Positions 28,730 to 40,336 of a stretch of DNA of 64,000 bases are shown here, piece by piece (positions within the stretch are counted from its first letter, which is position 1; each line of letters begins with the position of its first letter). The notes beneath the pieces are model-generated. The model made no database searches. It had not been told where the DNA came from and was given only the letters and a program-made list of their open reading frames with translations. Source of the stretch: Welwitschia mirabilis (lineage: Eukaryota); contig JBOZIK010000001.1 of NCBI GenBank assembly GCA_051453625.1, positions 28,086,044 to 28,150,043 of the forward strand. Direction: 5' to 3'. A program made the position numbers and the translations under genes.

Positions 28730-29971
28730 TGCGGTGTGTATTTGTGCAAATATAATTCCTCAAATAAATTTTGTAAATCATAAATATATATAAATTTTAC
28801 ATAATATAACATACTAATATAGGTAAGAGTAACCCAAATGTCATATTTTCATTAAAGGCATAAGTGAAAAGAAAGAGAATTGACTTTGAAAATAAAATAC
28901 CATGTATTCTTAAAGTAGAATGAAATAATGATGTAGAAATAACAATGCAAATGAACACACTATGCAAATGAGATGCGATACTAAACCAAATGCAACTTTT
29001 ATCTAATTATCATATTAACCTATTATAAAGATCGATCTTGTATAATCTAAATCAATCAACAAAATCTATCACTAGGTCTAGATTAACCTAAGATATTAGA
29101 TATATTAAATAGAACATGAAAAGAATGCAAAGTTAATCTACAAAATGAAATGCAATGCACTTAATTAATAATGTCAACCTTCATAAAGTTTTTCCTCATG
29201 ACCTATATCACTAAAGAAGTTGTCATGGAATCAAAATTAACATAAACCACAAGGTAAATACACAAAATAAAAGATATAAAAATAAATATAGAGTTTTAAT
29301 TAAAAGAAAAACAACATCCATATTACAAAATAGTAGCATGTCAATGAAGGATACACAGCCCAAAACTAAGAAAGACATATTTGTATAATAATAATGGATG
29401 GATCTTTGACCATTTGATCTCCTATTAAAAGAATTTCTAAGATCCAAAGGAAGAGGAGTTATTTATAATAAGTAATCTCTAAAATCTTAAAATACTAACA
29501 GACATAGAAATAACCCTAGTAACCACATAAGAAAGTATGAGACAAATGGCTAATGTTTGATGAAGATTGATGAAGTGTTTATCCCAGGTGTTATCTTTTT
29601 AATCATCTAGATATCACAAGAGATAATGTTTCTCATAAGAGTTCCAAATCAGTTGCTAAATTGATCCACTTAGCATCCTCCTTATCTTAAGTATTTTTAT
29701 CATTCATATCATAATCTAGACAATGAGGTAGATAATAGGCTTTTATAAAGTATTTCATGTGTCATATTAGCTCTTTTGATTACAGGACTATTACTTTAGA
29801 TAGGAGGTATTATAAATAACTTTAAATATTATTAAATATAATGAAGATTGCATGTTCCTGTGACATTTTCCTAGCTCTTCATTATTAGTAAAACTCAGCA
29901 TAAACCTATCTAATGTCCTACAATACTACTCAAAATACTTTATCAAATACATATAATTTGATAATGAAACA
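28730..29971 (-). repeat. 5' LTR of A2
   Basis: TGCGGTGTGTATTTG...GATAATGAAACA with TG/CA termini. Confidence 0.8.
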
Positions 29972-30790
29972 TGAATCTATTCTTAAAATATTTAAAGTTG
30001 TATTTCCCATTCATTGTTTATTGATATTATAATTCATTTTTAAAGTTGAAATGCCTTTAGTTAAATGCACATACTTCCTCAAACATCATTTCTTTACATG
30101 TTAACAACAAGGGGCATTCTTTTATTAAATGAAAGTTGTCTTCACATAAATCACTTACTGAAATTGCATTTCTCTTATTTTCCACTTTTGCATCAACTAT
30201 TATTTGAGTATATTTCTCCAAAATAGTAGTAAAATCCTTAAATATATTAGTTGAATCATGTTGCTCTTCCTCTTTATCATGTCTTCCTTCTTTTAAATCT
30301 TTTATAATTTGGCCTATGGTTCAATTTTCTCTAGAAGTTGGTTTTGATCAAGTTTAATATATCTCTACTACTTCTTTCAATATATTTCATGCTTTATCTA
30401 AAGCTAAGTTCATTATGTTTCCACTATGAAAAAAGTATACAAGTTGTTTATTTAACTATTTAATCCATTATAAAATTAATCTATCAATTATTCATTAGAA
30501 ACTTTATCATTAGTGTTGAAATGGACAGCTATAATAGATTGCTTATAAATTATGGCATGAATATTCATGGGGTTATTGTTGAAAGTTGGTAACTTCCTTT
30601 ATTCTTTTTTTCATGGTATTTTCACTCATAGATCTCTTAAGAAAAGCTTTTTCCACTTGATTCTAATACTTAAGACTTTTATATGAAATGGTTCTAAGCC
30701 AAAGTTTAGCTTTTCTTCTAAGTGTGATGGAAAATATGACTATATAACTTCTATCATTAATTCATTTTTTTCATTTGTTGAGGTAATTAA

Positions 30791-32120
30791 TGTTGAGTTA
30801 TTATTTGCTAATTTGATATTGAACTAATGCTTTATTTTTAGCAAAACATATTATATCTTGTGCAAAAAATATTAATCATTATAAGTAAGATGCTAAAATA
30901 ATTTATCATAGTCTGAACCTAAACCTATCAGTTTTTATACTCTCCAAGGGATCAACTGAATTCCAAAAGAGTCAACCACACCTAAAGCTTATACAAAAAT
31001 AAACTAAATTTTAAGGAGTTGATTGGACACATGAGGGGTTAATCGAACCTATGATTCTAATATTTCTCAGTTGATTATCAAGGAGCCAACTAAATTTTCA
31101 AGGGATTGATTGGACTTGAACATCAAACTTTTATAGTTGGTTATCAAGGAATCGACCAAATTCCTAGGGGTCGACTAGACCTAGAGTGGTGTTCATTCTT
31201 TGGCAGTTAGAGGTCAACTAGATATTTATGGGATTGGCTAAACTTGGAGTAGAAAATAGTATTGTATTTTTTTCTTAATCAAAGGAGTAACTAGATGAAT
31301 ATGTAGATGATTGGATAAGAAGTCGACCAAACCCTAAAGGGTCGACTACACATGGAACCATAAGAAATAAGGGTCAACCAAAAAAAGAGGATGGTAACTG
31401 ACTTCACTCACGGTACCAGATGAAGTCAATCAAACTTTTAAGAGGTAGACTGGATGTGAAAAAAAAGGGATTTTGCTAGCTATTATAATCCTATTTTCTA
31501 TCCATTGAAAGATTTTTTTACTTGTAAAAACCCTAAAAATGTTTTATTATATATTTGCCATGAATCAAAATAACTATATCATTTTTTAATATTGTGAAAT
31601 TATTTATTATACTCATTAGTATTCTTTCTACTTAACCAAAGTAAAATCAAGAGTTATGTCTATTATTGTATACTTAGTTAAGTTAGTTATACTATATGCC
31701 TTTAGATTGTACCATCTTCTCAAGTAGTGTAACAATACTATTCTTGAGTCTCTGTGCATTTTGCCACAACATTATTACAACTTCACGTTTTTGCAAAAGA
31801 TTGAAACTGGGCCTCAGAAAAGTTTAATTGTAAATGTTATAGGTAAATATGAAATACCTAAAAAGAGATTAATGAAGATCCAAATTAGGCTTGGATAGAA
31901 GCTAATTATTGAGAATGGAGTAGGGGGTTTTCCAAACAACTATAAGTCTTGTTTATTTCTCATTGGTATTCTTGTGCTTTCTATTCTTTAGTTTTTTAGA
32001 ATATTTTTAGTTTTATTTGCACACATTTTGAGTGTTCATTTCAAGCATAGTTATTTTTGTGAAGTTACTTGATTAAATTTTTAAATCCTATTTACTCCCT
32101 CTAGAAATCTTGGTCCTACA
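30791..32120 (+). repeat. Sirevirus 5' LTR
   Basis: TG...CA termini, repeated GGGTCGACYRGA-like motifs, C-rich 3' signal CCTATTTACTCCCCTCTAG. Confidence 0.9.
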
Positions 32121-32185
32121 TTTACTATCAGAGCTTGGTAAAGTCTATGTTAGATTCTAATACATCTAAACTCTAGAACCTAGAA

Positions 32186-35100
32186 ATGAATAACCCTTTT
32201 AGATGGTTTTTCCACTATTTTTATACCCCTATTGATGGGTTAAATTATGCATATTGGAAAGCCCATATGGTAATCTTTCTCAAGTCCCTAGATGCAAACA
32301 TCAAAGCAGTTATTTACAATGATCATGTTGTGCCCACTTCAACTAAAATTAATGCTAATGGAAATACCATTATAGTGGCAAAAACTAGAGATAAATAAAC
32401 TCCCACTTATAGATCCAAAGCTACCATAGATGCCATGCTTTTAATACCATTTTTTATGTAGCTTATAAAGATGAGTTTAAACGAATTGTAAACTATGAAT
32501 ATGCAAAAGAATCTTGGGAAATATTTGAAGTACCACATGAAGGAACATCCATTGTTAAGTAGGCCAAACTTCAAATTCTTATTTCCAGATTTAAAAGCAT
32601 TTATATGAATGAGAAGGAGAGATTAAAGAAATTATTTGGTAGAATTAACAATATTATAAATTCCATGACAAGTCTAGATGAAAGAATGGATGGGATAAAA
32701 GTGGTTTACAAAGTGCTGAGAACTCTTCCAAAAAAACTTTTGAGTCAGAAGTCATTGCAATCAAAGAAAGTAAGAACATAGAAATAATGATGCTTGAAGA
32801 ATTATAAGATAATTTATAAACTTATGAATTAAAATTTTTTAAAGATAGAAAGAAAGGTATTGCTTTAAAATATGCACAAGAAGAATACAAGTCAGAAAAA
32901 TCAGATGAAGATCTTGATGATAATGAAGTTGCCCTACTAGCAAGAAGATTTAAGAAATTTTTTCAAAAAATAAATAAAGAAGGTAAGCAAAGTAGATGAA
33001 CAAAAAGAGGTCTTTCAAAGTTTAAAAAAACCAAGACAAAGGTAAAGAGATCCAATGTTATGCATGCAAGGGCTATGAACACATTGCAAATGAGTGTCCA
33101 AATAATAAGAGAGAATAAAAAAAGTCAAAGACATTTTCATTCATTACTACATGATACAATTTATATGAAGATGAGGATAGTAGTTTTAGCTAAGGTTTAG
33201 ATGGAGATGGGAGGATCTCCTTTATGGCAATTGTATCTCCATTACAGAGCCTGCCTAGGCATCTGAACCTAATAATTTAAATCTCATTTAAGAAAACCAA
33301 AATGAGCTTGAAGACGCCTATTAGGAAATTTACATGGAATGTGAAAGATTTGTAAAGAACATCAATGATCTAAACAATATTGTAAAAATTATTACCAAAT
33401 AAAAGAAGGAAATGAAAACGAAGTACAAAATGGTCAAATCTGAAAAGTTTGAGCTTGCACTTGAGGGAAAGAACTTATCACATTTTGTTAATAAATTTTC
33501 TACTAATTTAACTAAATTGGATAGATTCTTGGAATATGAAAACTAGCTCATGATACGACAAGTATTAGTTTCATCCCCTAAAGATGACAAAATCAACAAA
33601 ATCAAGTAACTTATATTTATTTCTAAAGTTAAATGTCATTTTTGTGGTAAGTTAGGTTATTTCAAGTTAATTTGTAATGCTAGAAAATTGATGTTATTTT
33701 CAAATTTAGTTAGTACCTTTCCATTTAAATTTGTTTTAAAATGACATGTACAATATCAGTCCAAAAGAATCAAGTGGGTAAAATCTAATAATTTGAAAAT
33801 TCTATTGATTCAAATAGCTTTCAAGGTTTCAAATGAAACTAGCTGATATTTGGACAATAAGTGCTCTAGATATATGAAGAGAGAAAAGTCTAGGTTCAAG
33901 TAGCTAAATAACTTTAATGATGGAGAAGTTACTTTTGATGATAATGGAAGAGCCAAAATCGAAGGGATTAAAAGCATCGGTGGAGGTAACTTAACCAAAA
34001 CAAATGAAGTTTTGTATATTAATGGTTTGAAGCATAATTTACTTAGCATTAATCAAATTTGTGAAAACGGTCATAAGGTTGTTTTTTATTGCACTAAATG
34101 CAAAGTTAGACATGGTAAAATAAATAATATTATTCTTAAAGTAAAGAGAATAGGTAATATCTGTAGCATCGATCAATCATTTTATACTTATTATTTTCTC
34201 ATGTTAATTAAGAATAGCTTTGACGTAAATGTTTAGGTCATTTGAATTATGATTATTAGAAAATAAATTATCAAAGTAATTTCAAAAATGAATATCAAAA
34301 AATGTAATCTTTGTGATGCATTTCAAAAAGAAAAATAAATAAGAATATCATACAAAAGCAAAAACCTAGTTTCCACAACCATGCGTTTAGAGCTATATTA
34401 TATGAACTTGGTAGGGCCAGCTTAAATCTTAAGTTTAGGATATAATTACTTAAGATATACCTAAATTATCTTTCTTACCAATAAATCTAAAATGTATAGA
34501 CATTGGGTTAAAATATGAAATAATATTTAATATGAGAAAGGCTATACAATAAAGAAAATAAGAAGCAATCATGGTGGTGAGTTCAAAAATCATTTATTTG
34601 AAATGTATTGTATTTAAACTTGTATTGATAATCAATTCTTAGGCTTAAAACACTTAACAAAATGAAATTGCTAACAAAAAAAATAGATTCCTCTAAGAAA
34701 TGACAAGAATGATGTTAAATGATAAAGAGGTTCCAAAAACATTTTGGGCTGAAGTTGTTAGCACTACATGTTATACTATAAATAAAGTTTACCTTAGACT
34801 AGGTATGGATAAAACTCCTCATAAGTTATAAAAAGGAATACAACCAAATATTTCTTACTTTAAAGTCTTCAGAAGTAAGTTTTATATGTTAAAGAATAGA
34901 GAACACCTAAGAAAATTTGAATCTAAGGCTGATGTTAGCACAAAATCTATAAATGTAAAAATTAATGATGTTAGCACAAAATCTATCCCTTCTAGTGATA
35001 AAGAAAACATATCTATAAGCACTTCCACAACAAAACAAAATTCTATCAAAAAGAAAGAATTAGTTCCAATAAAATAAGTAACTACTAAAAAGTGTAAAGA

Positions 35101-36730
35101 GCTAAAGGATCACCCTTTAGGATCTATCATTGGAGATGTTAGCTCAAAAATTAGAATAAGAAACTCTATGTAAAATTTTTATGCTGACATTTATTAAGTT
35201 TCATAAATTGAAGCTAATAAGTATGAAGAAGTAGAATCCCATGAAGAATGAATGATGAATATGGAAGATGAGTTGCAAAAATTTAAAAGAAATAATGTAT
35301 GAAAACTTGTAGAAAGGCCAAAGAAGAAAAATATTACTTGGACTAGGTGGATGTTTAAAAATAAATGTGATGAGGAAAACAGTGTTATTAAAAATAAACC
35401 AAAATTAGTAGTACAAGGGTACAACCAAATTAAAGGTATTGATGTTGATGACACTTTTTCTCCTATTGCAAGTCTTGATAGCATTAGAATGTTTTTATCT
35501 TATGCTACCTTTAAAAATATTAAAGTGTATTAAATGGATGTAAAGAGTGCCTTTTTAAATGGAATCCTAAGTGAAGAAGTGTATGTTAAACAACCGCAAG
35601 AGTTTGCATATCCTCATAAATTTGATCATGTGTATAAACTTAAGAAGGCTTTGTATGAGTTAAAAAAAGATCCAAAATCTTGATATAAAAAGTTAGCCAT
35701 ATTTTTAAATGAAAATGGTGATATCTATGAAATAACAGATAAAACTTTATTTATTAAGAACTTGAAAAAGAGTTTTATTATTATTCAAATTTGTTTGAAT
35801 GATATTATTTTTGGTTCCTCTAATAAAGTTTTATCAAAAAAAATTGTAAATATTATAACAACACACTTTGAGATGAGCATGCTTGATGAAGTTAGAATGT
35901 TTCTTGGGTTATAGATTTAGTAATCAAAGAATAGAATTTTTATTTCTCAATCTAAATATGTAGAGGATTTAATCAAATTATTTGGATTAGAAAATGCTAA
36001 AAAAACTAACAGACGTATGTTAAATTCTTGGAAAGTTAATCTAAAAGAAGATGGAAAATCAGTAGATTAGAAGCTTTATAGAAGTATGATTTGAAGTTTG
36101 TTATATCTAACTACAAGAAAATTAGATATTATGTTTAATCTTAGTGTATATGTAAGATATAAAAATCAATCAACAAAATTACATCTATAATCAATAAAAA
36201 GAATAATAAGATATATAAAAGGCACATGTGATTTTAGATTATGGTACCCAACAGAGACATCTTTTGATCTTATAAGATTTAGTGATGTAGATTGGATAGG
36301 AAAAGCACAATTGAGAATTATTTTCTATGAGGATCATACTTAGTAGGATGGGCTAATCAAAAGACAAAACTCAATTTCCCTTTCAATCATAGAAGCTGAG
36401 TATATATCAGCAGAGAACTGTTGTGCTCATATCCTTTAAATGAAGGAAATGCTAAAAGACTTTAGTGTAAATTCTAAATAGGTTCCTACTTTTTTTGATA
36501 ATGTTATTATAATAAATATTTCTAAAAATCCTATTCAACATTCTAGAATTAAACACATTGAAATAAACAAACATTTTCTTAGAGATTAATTTGAAAAAGA
36601 AAACATTTCTATAAATTTTATTAGTACAAATTATCAACTTGCTGATTCTTCACTAAACCTCTAAATTTTGATAATTTTCTTTGTCTTTGTAATAAAATGA
36701 AGGATATCTCTCTGTCTTCTAAAGGATTGA
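32186..36730 (+). pseudogene. Sirevirus gag-pol pseudogene
   Basis: gag IDGLNYAYWKAHM; zinc knuckles CYACKGYEHIANEC (~33056) and CHFCGKLGYFKLIC (~33634); protease (W)YLDNKCSRYM ~33845; GLKHNLLSINQIC; integrase IRSNHGGEFKN ~34558; RT KLVVQGYNQIKGID and MDVKSAFLNG; RNase H KNPIQHSRIKHIEI and QLAD..TKPL. Confidence 0.93.
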
Positions 36731-38622
36731 AAGGTAGTTAATTGGATCTATAATTTGGTTTACTAGATGTGGTTGGTTGACTAGATTAAAAACCCAGTCA
36801 CTCAGACCTTAAAGTATTGTAACCTATGTTTTGATGGATCGAATAAACCTCAAAAGCAATCGATTGGACCTGTAGGTTTATAGTATAGTAGAATCAGTGG
36901 TAGACCTAATTTCTTTATCAAATCTCACCTAATCACCCTTCTCTTTAAAATCTAGTAATGTCCAAACCCTAATCATTATTTTCTAGCCACCTGTCTCTTT
37001 TAGATCTAGTGTTTTTTAAGGTTTCTTTCCTCCAAGCTCCTGCCAAGTCATTGGAATGTTTGAAGATCCCTTCAAAAGGTGAAGAAAGGAAGTTGCTAAT
37101 AAATATCCTTTCTATTTCTACTATGGAATGTCTCAAAAGGTAATAGAAAAGTTTTCTAAGAAGTTTAAAAAGAAGTTAGTGTGCCAAGAGAGGCTATTAC
37201 TATTGTAGAGCTTAGGAAACTTCAAGATGTATTTCAACTTTTGTGAGATCTAGATATTTCTTACTTTCTTGATGTTTTAGAACCTTCCTATCCTTTTCTC
37301 ACTAGGATGTTTTACAGTAATTCTTTTTCTAATTTAGACACTAATACCCTAAAAACTATGATTTTGGGAAAGAAGATGAAGATTACTATTAATCTAATTG
37401 TTATTTTTGCTAATCTTTTAAGAAGAGACTATGAGGAGTTTTTTTTCTCTTCATGAATCCATGAAAAACATAGCAAAGGTAATAAGGGAGCTTTGTAAAA
37501 AGTTTCATAGTTGGAAAACCACCCTTTCTACTTCTTTCCTTACTCCAAAGTATAGTTTTTTGCATTTGATGTTCACTTATAATTTCTTGCCTTTGGTTAG
37601 TTATCATGATGAGACTTTCAATTAAATGATACATTTGATATACTTGGTAAGAATTAGGCACTCTATTAATAACCCTGCCATCATGCTAAAAAATAATCTC
37701 TCAATTCAATATAAGAAAATAGGGGTTTTTAAGGCATTTATTAAATAAGCACCATAATTATAACACCAATTAACTTTTTTAAGGCATTCTTTATATAAAC
37801 TTCATAAAAGCTAGCATTGGGGATATTTTTAAGGCATTTATAGATAATGGTGTTAAATGTTTGTCATCTTTTAAGGTGCTTAACCAAATAAATGCCTTAA
37901 AAGTTATTATCTTTCAAGGTTTTTATTACGAAAGATACTGTAGAAGCTAAACCTCAAAAATATAACCAAGCCTTGTCAAAAACGAAACCATGTATTGTGC
38001 ACTTGAGTGAAACTAAAAACCTCACGCACCTTATCAGAAGTGAAACCATCATATGAGTTTCTTTGAAGAACAAGCGCGGGCAGCTTCGCTTGCTTCAACA
38101 TCACGTGCATTTCTTTGAAGACACAGTGTGGGCTTCTTCAACATCGCACACGTTTCTTGGAAGACAAAACGTGAGCTACTTCACCTCTCATCTTGGCGCT
38201 TCTGATTTTGGTTGCCTTAACACCCTTCTTTCACATTGTACATTGCCCTAATGCCCCTCGTTCATGAAGCTCCTGCGTTTAGGTCTCTTGCATTAAGAAT
38301 CGGCTCTCCTACATCTCCTGTGTCATGAATCATTCACAGTTAGCATGGTGAATTACCAACGAATTGCTTAGTCACTGTACTTTAGTTTTATAATTATTAT
38401 TATTTACAATTATTATTGTTTCGTTTTACTCTATGAGAGAATGGTAACACAAGAATTGAAGGAAGCACAACAAGAGCCTTGTTTCTAATAACACTTAACC
38501 ATATCTCAATTTTCTGTTAGATTAGTTAAGGAATAAAGTGCCTCTTATGAGAAAGTGTTTGGCTTAATGCAGGAATTAAAGGAAGTACAACAAGAGCTTC
38601 TTGTATTTTTTTTAATTCACGG

Positions 38623-38707
38623 ATTGCAGGTGCCATTGTAGTATCAAAGTATTTAGGAACTATATTATTAGTGGCAAATTTTAAAAATAGTAAGAAGAAA
38701 CAAAGGG
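38623..38707 (+). pseudogene. Captured exon copy 1, O-fucosyltransferase/MSR-like
   Basis: Translates IAGAIVVSKYLGTILLVANFKNSKKKQR; preceded by a pyrimidine tract with a mutated acceptor (CGG) and followed by GTAAG. Confidence 0.65.
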
Positions 38708-40250
38708 GTAAGTTCTTCATTTGTACTTTTCCCTCTGTGTTTATTAGATTGAGTGATTGATCACAGTTATCCATTTGGTGTTCTTATTACCTTTGATGTT
38801 TCTTATCTTGGAAACCAATGGATTGGGATTTAAGAAAGAGAAAAGTGAAGGGATTCGTATTTGGTGTGAAGGTTAATCCGCCTCGTTGTCCTTGTGGTTT
38901 GCATTTTACTTTTCCTTATTCTGTTTTGCCAGTGAATCACTTAACTCTTTATTTTTTTCTTATAATTAGAATTTGCATGGCATTTGTTTCATGTCAATGT
39001 CAAAATTGTGTCCATGTGGAATAGGATATATGATTAATCTTATCCCTTAACTAGAGGCACTACTAGAAAGCAAAAGAAAACAAAAACCACCAGTGAAACG
39101 AGCACAAAAGAAAAATGGTGTGTTGTTGGATTTTCTTTTTCATTTCTCTATTAGTTTTCCTAATTTACATGTATTATTAAAACTCATTCTTTCTTTGATG
39201 TTGATAGATATTTACAGATTTACAAGACCAATGCGACTAGTGCATTACATGCTCAACAAAAAATGTAAGACAGAGAGGTTTATGATATGAATGCATTTCG
39301 CATTTCATCTATATTTCCAATTTATTGGTCAATTGTTTGTTAACTTGTTTTATGTAGGAATTAGATACATATCAACAGACGTTTAAATCTTTATATGTAA
39401 ATAGTATTCTCCTTAAGAAGGAGTGTCCCAAAATTAAAAAAAATGCAAGACCTACAAAGGATAGTAATAGTCTTAAATTTTCCTCCTTTTCTAAAGATTT
39501 GAATAATAGTATTAAATATGAAGGTTCTTAACCTAAAACATTCTATAAAATAATTAGTTTCAAAATTTCCCTTTCTGTCACAAGTAAATAATGATCATAT
39601 AATGAATGCAAAAGAAAAAGAAGAATTATAGGGGGGGATAGAAACTAATGAATAAAAATCCTTTTCTTCTAGATTTTAATGTTCCATTAGAATATCCATT
39701 CTATGCATAGGAATGTTCTAAATCCCCTATTAAATTGAACTTAATGAACACTTGTGCTATTACCACTGTAGCTGCAACCACTCCTTCACAACAATGCACT
39801 TCTATATTAAATTTAAACAATGCTATAACAGAATGTTAAAAAAAAAGAATGGATCATATGAGATTAAAATCAGTTACTAATTTAGCTAAGAAAAGAGCAA
39901 ATAATAGACCATTATCATTGAAACTTAAATATGATATTTAAAGACAAGATTTACTTCATTTCTTTTGAGTTATAATCTTTTAGAGAAAATCTTCATCCAA
40001 TAACTTCTTGTAGCGAACAAGTTTAGATTATCCTCAATAATAAAGTCCAGTATTCTCTAAAGATGTCTTCCTTAAACTTTTGCTTTAACCTGAATGTTTT
40101 TGTTCTGATTAGAAACCTGATTTGTATTTAGCTATTTATCAAGCTTTTATGGTAAACCTTAAATTATTTAAGCACTGTTTTTCTCTTCATCTAAGCAAAT
40201 GCATGTATGGACATTTAACTAAGCTTTTTGTTTTTTTTTTTGGTTCATAG

Positions 40251-40336
40251 ATTGCAGATGCTATTGTAGTATCAAAGTGCTTGGGAGCTATATTATTAGT
40301 GGCAAATTTTAAAAAAGGTAAGAAGGAACCAAAGGG
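40251..40336 (+). pseudogene. Captured exon copy 2, O-fucosyltransferase/MSR-like
   Basis: Poly-T, CATAG acceptor, 86-nt open exon IADAIVVSKCLGAILLVANFKKGKKEPK, GTAAG donor. Resembles the recalled plant OFUT/MSR motif IADAVVVARYLGATLVLPDI. Confidence 0.72.

Larger units (their letters stand above)
31..29971 (-). mobile_element. Degenerate Athila-like Ty3/gypsy LTR retrotransposon A2, interrupted by A1 and a Sirevirus
   Basis: Parts are collinear on the minus strand: 5' LTR 28730-29971, PBS, gag ~28285-25722 and 14954 downward, PR-RT-RH-IN N-terminus down to 11615, IN C-terminus 2980-2590, 3' UTR, PPT, 3' LTR. Flanks 1-30 and 29972+ both look like adjacent gag sequence of A3. No clean TSD. 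Confidence 0.65.

Noticed and set aside
37726-37845. Regularly spaced repeats with dissimilar spacers, superficially CRISPR-like
   Set aside because: Only 13-nt motifs in three copies, in a eukaryotic context with no cas genes; explained as CACTA subterminal repeats.
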